The translations under genes and the position numbers were made by a program. Below, in pieces: positions 11,933 to 22,000 of a DNA stretch of 64,000 nt; position 1 is the first letter of the stretch, and each line of letters begins with the position of its first letter. The notes under the pieces were generated by a model. That model was not told the origin of the DNA and did not search any database. It saw only the letters and a list, made by a program, of their open reading frames with translations. The stretch is from Ascoidea asiatica JCM 7603. Taxonomy: Eukaryota; Fungi; Ascomycota. The DNA lies in assembly GCA_001600695.1 (NCBI GenBank), contig BCKQ01000003.1, positions 528,003 to 592,002 of the forward strand. The letters are read 5' to 3'.

Positions 11933-14900
11933 GAGTAATTGACATTTCAAGTGATGAAGAAGATTAATTGACCTATGTATACAAAACTATACAAATATGT
12001 CTGTTTTTGTGTACAATTTTTTTAATTTTATATAGTTTTGAAATTATCGAATTTTGTAAGTACTATTTTACATATATTAATAGATAAAATTTATTATTAA
12101 TCTATCTATAATATTGACATCATTCTTCATTAACCTTGATAATTTTTAAACTAAAACACCTAATTTTATTCCATTATGTCTCAAGAATACCAACACTTTA
12201 ACTGGCCATGAAGAGTCATTACCTAATTAATTTTTGAACTGAATATTAAACTTTCCATTGCACAGTACCGGCTACGTAAACAGATTGCTATGTAGTTTCA
12301 TTACTCAGTATTATTATATATCAGAATTATCGCATGGCCATGGTATGAGATATAATTGTTTTACAATATTGGAACGAAAGTTCCGCTTCCTACACAATCG
12401 AAACAAAACCTTCGAACCTTTTGTCCTACTCCAGGGGATTAAATTACCGTATGAAAGGTCATCCTAGAAAGTAAGTATTCTAATAGGCTTACACAAAACT
12501 GGGGTTTTCACAACTAATAATAATTACATGTAATACCAATAATAATATTCAATAAAAAACTTAAATAAATAATTTTGAGTGAGTAGTGATCGAAATTTAT
12601 AACCGTAATCGTTTTCGGTTGGTGTCTTAAGTACACATATACGGCATAAAACAAAGCTTAATTTAAAATAACAGAAAAACTTACCGAAATCTATGCAAAA
12701 CGTATTGAAGAAAACTTAGGTAACAACATTAGGATATTGTAAAATTAAAATGAAAATAATAGGAGCACACAATAAATTTTTTATGAAGACGCGTGATAGG
12801 CATTTCAAACAACTTAGACTCCCACCGCCAATAGTAGATAAAGACTTTAGCTTTTTGATAAATAAAATCACAGCCGACAATTGTAACGATTTAAATAAAA
12901 TTCAAAGATATAGTGGATGATTATATATAGTGTTGTGAGATCATTGAAAAGCAAATATTAATAAAACAAAAATGAATAAAGAAAGATCAACTACTTTAGA
13001 TCTTGTGAAAGCAGAACCAGTGTAAAAAAGAATCAAATCGAATTCCAAAACTGAGTGAAAACCACATTTAAACGAATTACCAGAGTAGCGTAATTCTCCA
13101 AAACTGTTTCCGTTAAATACAATCATAAACTCAAGTTTAATTTTAATTATAATAGAGCTTTCCACATTTTCCCAGATTAGTGTAACCTATACAATTATAC
13201 TTCAAAAAATAACATCGATTTACACAACCGTTGCTCAATTAATAAAACCAAATTTATATGGCACTTTAGGAATAACCATAATAAAGTAAGTAGAGAGTGC
13301 GACAATTAATATGAAAATTCTTTCTCGATTCCTCCAATTCCACATATCTAAGGATTTGTATAATTTCCTAACGACAATGGCGAAATTTTAAAGTTGAAAG
13401 TTTTATGCTTTGGACTTTTGTATCGCCAAAATGGCTAGCTTTCACTTAAGTAGACTTGATCTAAACATGATGAGAAATGAAAAGAAAAACCAAAGCTATT
13501 GCGAGCCCCCACTACCATTACACATCACTAACTTTTTAAGAGAGCGAGCTCCGTCGACCTAAAACGATTAAAACTGATTAATCGAGTACCATCTCAGTGG
13601 TTTTATGTTTTCTTCAAGCTCACAAACATCTTTATTTTCTGTCTTTTTTTTCTCCTACTATTACCTTTTTACAAATAAGACCAATTTTCTGCAACTATAT
13701 TTTTATTATGTGAGCTATTTCCGCAGATTTCATTTCAAACTATTAGATTAAATTACTTATTAACTACAACTTTATTCAAAATATCCTGAAACCAAATTTG
13801 TAAATTTGTGTAGTGGTGGTCGCGTCAAATTTCATCATAACATAATAAAAAAACAAATAAAAAAATGGAACCAATAAACGTTACCACCCTGATTACAAAT
13901 AATCCCGAAAAATTAAATATCTTGCAGGTTATGCACTTCCCCATCGGGACACCCCTGTCTTAACTGTAGTTTTTCCTCAAATTCATCTAATTTATCCAGT
14001 TTAAATAAGTTTTACATAGTACAGACACCCTCATAATATTATTGGCCATTTTATAGTTGCTGTTATGAGGGGTTTTTAATAGGCAGGCAAAGTTCATATA
14101 CGTCAATAGTCCCATAAGAAAGGCTTACATTCTGAACAAAACTCTTCAATTTTGTAATTATTTTATTTGTCGTTTTTATTAATTTTAATTACTCAATTTT
14201 TGGTTACTACAAATGATAGTAATATTGTCCTGCAGTTAACAAAAGATATTTTAGTTTATTAAGAAGTTTTTTTAAATTTACCCCATTTATTTTTAGTACA
14301 AAATATTTTTAATTATTATTTTTTATTCAAATTTTTTAATACTCTATTTATTATAACTTTTTATGTATTCTCATTTTTTGTGTATCGGTCTTTTAATTAT
14401 AATAGTTATTGATTTTATTATTTCTTCATGTGCATACTTTTTCAAAAAAGATCAGTTGTTTGGTGGCATAGTCATTAACTTTCAATACGTCCATAATTAC
14501 AACCTTTATCGAATAATGAGCTATATGTTTACTGTGGATCCAATTGTAAATACAAACTTGTGATTATCCTTACCCTAGAATTCAGCGTTTGAGGTGGCCA
14601 CCTTTCCCAGATGCCGGCTCGTGCTAGGTGATAGGCTTCATCCAGAGCCAATTAGGTTTCTTGTATAGCCTACTCTATGGGGATGCTTCTCGTTTTGTTT
14701 TCTCCAACCCCCTCCCCTTATATGTTTCAGTCCTTCCTATTATGTTCATCGTCATCCCATCAAACTGGGAAAATAGAATCATTGATGTATTCGTTATATG
14801 CCCCATCATTGGGTGGGATAGGCTCACACCTGAAAGATTTTGTTTTCGGTAGTAGCATACATACGCAAACCTGTTGGATTCTTGACATATCCTTGATTAC

Positions 14901-14934
14901 ATTAGCTTGTTCTAGTTTGCAATTATTCGCGTTA

Positions 14935-15110
14935 ATGTTAAAATTCTTTTTATTTATTTTACTTTCTCTTTTTATGTTTATAGAGGCAGTTATTATTTTT
15001 TTATTATTGATTCATTTAAGTTGAATTCCAATATGTGTCAACTATTACAGGTGCCATTTGATTTTATGTTCGATGTTTAAAGCTCAATGTTTGTGTTGTC
15101 AAGTTGTTGT
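14935..15110 (+). repeat. Dispersed repeat, copy 2
   Basis: Direct alignment to 11278-11450. Confidence 0.85.
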
Positions 15111-16274
15111 CAGTTAATCTGTTACTTCAAATAATTTAGCTTTTAAAATTTGTTTCTCTTATGATATTTTACAATTTTCGTTCTCGGATCTTTTAACAGT
15201 GTAAAACAATCAGCGATCAGGCGATAGAGTATCCAATTTTTCAATATGATTTAAATTATAGTCACTTTTTTTAACTAAGTTATTCGTTAGTTATCGTTTA
15301 TAGAACGCACACTTTGCCAACGGCAAAGCACGAAACAACTCATTGCACCTTATTTTATTAAAAACCATTTATTAGATAACAACATTTGGCAAATTATTTT
15401 ATTGATTCAAATAATGAAACCCATTTTGAAACTGTTGCCCCGATGTGGGTGGCTATTAAAACCGTGGTTAAACATTCTGCCCAATTATTGTACACTTAAT
15501 AATAATAAGTTGCAATGATACAAGTTTTGCAGAATTCTTTTCAATTTTCGGTATTCTATAAATTTTGTGGTTAGATGCGTATAGCTGTATTTCGGTTATA
15601 GCTATTTTATTTAAGACTTTGTTTAGATTCATTAAGTTTTATTTTTCATATTTTACCTGTATTAATATATAATATTTATTAGCAGTTAGATTATAGTATT
15701 GATGTTGCTGTGCGTTGACATTCCTAATTTTTAAAATTAAACAGTTTAATGAATTGGATAACTGTTGTCACAATATTGAAACTTAGCATATCATTTATGG
15801 GCGCTGTAATGCCAAACTATACGGCAAAGCAAATTGCTTTAGCATGAATGGTTATCAAATTAAAGCTTCAAAATTGTTTTACTAACGTACTGCACGCAGA
15901 AGACGTTTCGCCATGTCAGCCAAAATGTCAAATATTTAAATTGTTTTTTTTTTTTTGTAAATAGAAAAAAAATTTGGCCCTCCTTAACTAACATTTGTTT
16001 CCTTTTTTTTTGCTGATGTTGTGTACCCAAAGTAATTTTGGTAGTAGAAATTTTCAAACTGTGGTAGTTAATACAGATTTAAATGACAAACTGTACAACA
16101 CAACCATATGTCCAATCACAGGATTTCAAAAAAAATAAGAGATCAGTTTTTTATTTAGCAGGAAATCTATATAAAGCTTTTAGTAATATTCTGATTTAAA
16201 ATTTCACATGAGGCACGTGTCTGGTTTGTTCTATTCTCTTGGGTAGGTCAGGAAAATGTAAATCAGTGGCTGTA

Positions 16275-16710
16275 CTGTAACTCCTTGTAAAAAATACCAT
16301 TTGATATCTCCACGTGATATGTCTCCCGATGAAAAATCCCCCTTTTCAAACAAGATTTTCAAACCCTCATCTCACATATCTGAAAAGAAACAATTTCATT
16401 TACTCTTGTTGGTGAAAGCACTGCTTCTTCTAAAGCTAGCAGAATTTGTTTAGATTTAGACACTTTGTATAGCAGGTTCGTTATGATTGAATAATTTGCA
16501 TAGAATTTTCATAGTAACAAGTTTTTATATGTTGGAAAAGATGGTATTCCTGTAGATTTAATTTGTTCCAAAAACTGAGAAAAAAATGTCAATAAGGCCC
16601 CTAAGCTTTCTGGGAGACGGTTGAAAATATTTCGTGACCTGGGGAGTATTTTTTACCGGGAGGCCTATCACGTGGAGATATCAAATGGTATTTTTTACAA
16701 GGAGTTACAG
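16275..16710. mobile_element. MITE (non-autonomous, Tc1/mariner-type TA target)
   Basis: Perfect 45-bp TIRs (CTGTAACTCCTTGTAAAAAATACCATTTGATATCTCCACGTGATA at 16275-16319; revcomp at 16666-16710). TA on both flanks, 436 bp long, no internal ORF. Confidence 0.9.
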
Positions 16711-17210
16711 TAGTAGAGAACATCGCAGGTAACTAAAAGCAATGTAGACCATTAAAATGAATTAAATCGCACTTTGGGTAGCTAAGCGTATTCATAAAAA
16801 TCTCTGTGTAGTTCCGTACAGTCAGGGAAATTATTTATGGTCAATATTAATTAAGTCTGCTTTGCTAGCTCATCTATCCGGGTTCTCAGAAATGTAAATT
16901 TATGAATCAGACAAACCCCAAATTCAAGCTAAAGCAGTTTAATTTTAAAGAACGATACTCCCAATAATCTTGGGAATATTCATTCCGAAATGTATTCGAA
17001 TATTGCTAAAGTAAAACTAAAAATTCTAGACAAATACATTCAGAGGTTCATTGCTATTCAATATATAGAGCCTAAAAGTATCGAATTGGTTATTTTTTAA
17101 CTGTTAGAAGTTTTTTAATTGTTTCATGCACTCATATCAAATTTTTATATTTTCATTTATTCTTAGTGTTAGATACAAAAGAAAATCAGTTCATAAACTA
17201 ATCTATCAGT

Positions 17211-18359
17211 ATGAATAATAAAATGACTGAAGGGACCCCTTCATTTAGATTGATTTCACATTCATCAATTAAAAACTTATTACATATTCCAGATTTTATT
17301 TTAGATTATAATATATTTTTTTTTATTAAAATTAAGGAATACAGATTCAATAAAGATGTTTTAAAAAGATATAAAGAATTGATTAATAAGTATAATTTAG
17401 ATGAAAGATTGAATATAACATATAAATGCTGTGAATTTGCTCAACTTAACAATAAAACTGAAAAATTGTTAACTAAAACTGAGATAATGCATGATAGATT
17501 ATTATGTTATCTAATTTTAGAAAGAAAAAAAAGAGATTTACTAGCAAGTAAAAAAGAAGAAACTAACAATAACAAAAACGAGGATGATAGAAAGAATGCA
17601 ATACAACCAAAAGAATGTTGTATTAATAAAAAATTATGTGAATTATGCTGTGATGAAAAAAAAAAAATTGAAAACTATCAGATTAAAGGGCCAATATTCA
17701 ACTTTTTGGTTCAGAATCAATCAACTTTATTTGATTCTTCTTTCAGAAACAACTCAGAAGATGAATTTTTCAAAAAGTTTGCAGTAATGCAAAAACTTGA
17801 GTATAATTTCGAAGAGGAATTATCTGATGATGATTTAATTGGGTTGTTTATAGAATTTAAAGAATTGAAAGAACTCAAACAAATTGAAGAATTTAATAAC
17901 AGTGATTATATTAAGCATGTTAAATCTGACTATAACAACAATGTGCCGGACAATGATATTCAATTCAAAAAATTAACTAAAATCGTTAAGCAGTTAATTG
18001 CCCAAGATAAATATTACTTAAAAGTTATAATACCAATTGCTTCGCAAGTTATATTATCGGATATTGATTTAAATGAAGTTAGCAGTGAAATTAATATAAA
18101 ATCATTACTGAATAAAACTGGTTCTAATTCGCATTCGGATTTAATCGAAAACTCGAGATCTTCATCTTGTTTGAATCTACAAGCAATAAAAGAAGAAAAT
18201 TTCTCAACTACTAGTATCAATAAATTTAAGAATGAAAAAAATAGTGATGAAAATAATGATACTCACAATCTTGATGATTATAATAATAACTTCAGTAATG
18301 AGAACATAGCTGAGGACTTTAAAAAAAATTTAAGAAAGTCATTTCTTGGACCAGATTAG
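17211..18359 (+). CDS. Hypothetical protein, orphan family copy A (paralog of 41300-42283); may start at ATG 17223
   Basis: 382-aa ORF sharing five colinear conserved blocks with the 41.3-kb ORF. Confidence 0.85.
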   Translation: MNNKMTEGTPSFRLISHSSIKNLLHIPDFILDYNIFFFIKIKEYRFNKDVLKRYKELINKYNLDERLNITYKCCEFAQLNNKTEKLLTKTEIMHDRLLCYLILERKKRDLLASKKEETNNNKNEDDRKNAIQPKECCINKKLCELCCDEKKKIENYQIKGPIFNFLVQNQSTLFDSSFRNNSEDEFFKKFAVMQKLEYNFEEELSDDDLIGLFIEFKELKELKQIEEFNNSDYIKHVKSDYNNNVPDNDIQFKKLTKIVKQLIAQDKYYLKVIIPIASQVILSDIDLNEVSSEINIKSLLNKTGSNSHSDLIENSRSSSCLNLQAIKEENFSTTSINKFKNEKNSDENNDTHNLDDYNNNFSNENIAEDFKKNLRKSFLGPD

Positions 18360-18684
18360 TATCCTCTTTATTTAATATTTTCCCAATCATATATACATTC
18401 AAATTTAAATATCACATTTTATATTCAGTATTTCTAGTTGAACTTTATAAGGTCTATCTTGAACTATTAGCTTAATTATTTTACCTATAATATTAGACTA
18501 AATTCAGCTTTTTGTTGCAATTTTTCTCATTTCTCTTCTTATGTTATTCATGGTTCTAAAAATTATTTCAATAAAAAACATAAATACTTCAATACTTGCA
18601 AATATCTATAACCAGCGGATGTAGCATTGAATATAGTAAGTCCGCACCCGCGGCTTACCGCTTTGCCGACTGATATAACGCAGG

Positions 18685-18849
18685 CCTCGACTTTAAACCA
18701 GCCTCTTCGAGGTTGGTGTTAAGTGGCAACCGCCCCGCCGGCCATGAGCTGCTGCAGTTTACAACTGCTAAATCTCGAAACCTCGAAACCTCGAACCTGA
18801 CGATTTACGCTATGCAGATATGAAATAAGTGGTGACACTCATTGATAAG
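18685..18849 (+). promoter_or_regulatory. GC-rich upstream element of the XDH gene: five (C)CTCGA motifs and one GATAAG
   Basis: CCTCGA at 18685, 18781 and 18789; CTCGA at 18774; TCGAGG at 18707; GATAAG at 18844. Confidence 0.45.
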
Positions 18850-19064
18850 GCAAGTACCTCTCAAATGGCCTGCGAACCCTAAAATATACTCCATCTTTTA
18901 TCGTTTTATCTTTTTTTTTTTTATCATTAAAAGATATAAATCTAAATATGTTTCTCCAATTTATTCCAATAATTTAAAATTTTCTGAGCTATTTCAAGTT
19001 TAATTTCTTAAATAGCAAGTTTGAAAATTCTATTCAATTCAAGTAAATTCAGTTCAGTGAGAAA

Positions 19065-22000
19065 ATGTCAAGTGAAATTTCAGAAAATTTCAATCCAGAC
19101 AATAATGATCTATCTTTCGAAATAAAAATCAAATCAAGTGATTTAAATTTACCAATCAATGAAATTCATAAATCTTATTTTAATGAATTCAATTTTAAAA
19201 ATTCAATAAATTTTTATATCAATGATAAACCTTTTGAGATTAAAAATCCAAGTCCTGATGGTACTTTATTAGATTTTATTAGATCTTCAAATTATTTAAA
19301 TCTAAAAGGTAGTAAACTAACCTGTTCTGAAGGTGGTTGTGGCGCTTGTACTGTAGTTTTAGCCTCATATAATAGCTTATCAAATAATATAATTTATAAT
19401 GCTATTAATGCATGTCTTGTTCCTTTAATTGCAATTGACAATAAGCAAGTTATTACAATAGAAGGTTTATCTTCCGGTTCTTTAAATTCTTCAAAAACTT
19501 GGCAAAATGTTCAAAATTTACATCCAATTCAAGAAAGATTAGCTAAATTTCATGGCTCACAATGTGGGTTTTGTACTCCAGGTATTATTATGTCAATGTA
19601 CGCTTTGTTGAGAAATAATCCTAATCCCTCAATTTTAGATATTCAAACTTCCTTAGATGGTAATTTATGTAGGTGTACTGGTTATATTTCAATAATCCAA
19701 GCTTTGAATACTTTTGCTTATGATTATGATCCAATATCAAAATGCAAAAAACAAAATTCTACTGTTGTAAATAATATAAAATTTAAAGATAAAAATGAAG
19801 TTTGCTCAAAAGGTATTAATTGTTGTAAATTTAATAATCTATCTTCTTCCAAATCTGAAAATGATAAAGAATTTGATAATGAAAATGAAATTGATATTAA
19901 TGAATTATTTTCTCCAAATGGTTTACCCTTAAAAAAATACAACCCAAAGGATGATTTAAAATTTCCAATAATTTTAAAGTCAGTCAAAATGAATTCAATT
20001 TTATATGGTAACTCAAACAAAATTTGGATTAAACCAACGAATAAATTTCAATTATTTAAAATTATTTCCTTTTATAATAAATTAAATAAAATTGTGGATT
20101 CGAATAAATTTATATTCAAATTTATTGCAGGTTCTTCAGAATTTCAAATTGAAAATAATATGAATCCATTAAACAGATTTAATATTTTAATCTATATCAA
20201 TGAGATTGAAAATCTTCATGATTTTTTCAACTACTTGCCAGATAAAGGTTTATCGATTTCTGCAAACTTATCTTTATCAACCTTAGAATATATTTGTGCA
20301 AATATTTATTCTTCTTCTAATAATAGTAAGATTTTTTCTTCTGATATAAATAATATTGAATTTGAAGAGTATGATTATAAATTTGGTTCAAAACAAATCT
20401 TCAAAATCATTAATCAGCAATTAAAATATTTTGCCGGTAGACAAATTAGAAATGTTGCAACTTCCTCTGGTAATATTGTAACAGCTTCTCCAATTGCCGA
20501 TTTGAATCCAATTTTAATTGCTTCTGATTCTATAATCACAGTAGACTATTTAAATGATCAATCAGATAAAGTTATTTCAAAAGATTATAATTTAAGAGAT
20601 AATTTTTTTATTGGCTATAGAAAAACAAAATTACCCAAAAATTGTTTGATTACAAAAATTTTCATTCCTGAATTAAATTCAAAATTTGAGTATATGAAAA
20701 ATTATAAACAAAGTAAAAGAAAGGATGATGATATTTCAACTGTTACAGCTTGTTTAAGATTAAAATTTGAAAAAATTGGTAATACTGATCAATCCTTCAA
20801 AATAATAGATTGTTGCTTTACATTTGGTGGAATGGCTGCAACACCAGTTGTTTCCCCAAAAACAGAATCCTACCTAACTAATAAAATAATCAACTTAAAT
20901 GACTCAAAAACTTATTTGAATTTAATTGATGATACATTAGACTTTTTAAGTGATGAGTATAATTTGGCTTATAATGTTCCAGGTGGTATGCCTTCTTATA
21001 GAAAATGTTTAGTTTTGTCTTTTTTCTATAAATTTTTTCATTACTGTTTGATTGGTTTGAAAACTGATCTTGAAAAAGAAAAAAATCCTACACTTAAAAT
21101 TGAATCAGATAAAGAATTAAAATCTTCAATAATCAACTCATTAAAAGGTATTGATTCTGAAGCTTTGAAATATGTTGAAAGACATAGTCCAGTTGGATTC
21201 AGAGATCTTGACAATCCTTTTGTAAATAAGGTTGGCTCAAAATCTACTAAAGATGGAAAACTTACCCAGGTTGGAGAAAGTCCTGTTCATTTATCTGCTT
21301 ATCATCAAGTAGCTGGTACTGCAAGGTATGTAACTGATGTTCCAACTCAACATGGTGAATTATTTTGTGCACCATTACTTGCAGAAAGAGCTCATGCAAA
21401 AATCAAAAAAAAAGACACCTTAGCGGCTCTCAATCATCCAGGTATTATTGGATTTATAGATATAAATGATATTGAAGGAACCAATACATGGGGGATTTTT
21501 CCTTTTGGTAGAGATGAAGTTTTTGCTGACGGTGAAGTTAAATACTTTGGTCATATTATTGGTGCGGTAATTGGTGAATCGAAATACAGATGCTATGAAG
21601 CTCTTAAAATGATCAAAGTTGAATATGAGGATTTACCTGCAATAATCTCAATCGAAGAGGCAATTGAGCAAGATTCATTCTTTCCTGATGATAGAATAAC
21701 AGAAAAAGGAGATTGGGAAACTGCTTTCAAAACTTCTAAGTATGTTTTTGAAGGTACTGCAAGAATTGGTGCCCAAGAACATTTTTATTTTGAAACTCAA
21801 GGTTGTTTGGTGATCCCAGAAGAAAATGAATTGAAAATATATTCGTCTACTCAAAATCCAGCTGAAACTCAAGAAGTATCAGGACATGTTTGTGATATAC
21901 CCGCTTCTAATATAAATGTTAAAGTTAAAAGACTCGGAGGTGGGTTTGGTGGTAAAGAAACAAGAAGTCTGATGCTTAGTTCAATTGCTTCTGTCGCAGC

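Noticed and set aside
14700-14725. Minus-strand purine run AAGGGGAGGGGG as the PPT of another LTR element
   Set aside because: No matching LTR pair, TSD or pol motifs were found nearby.
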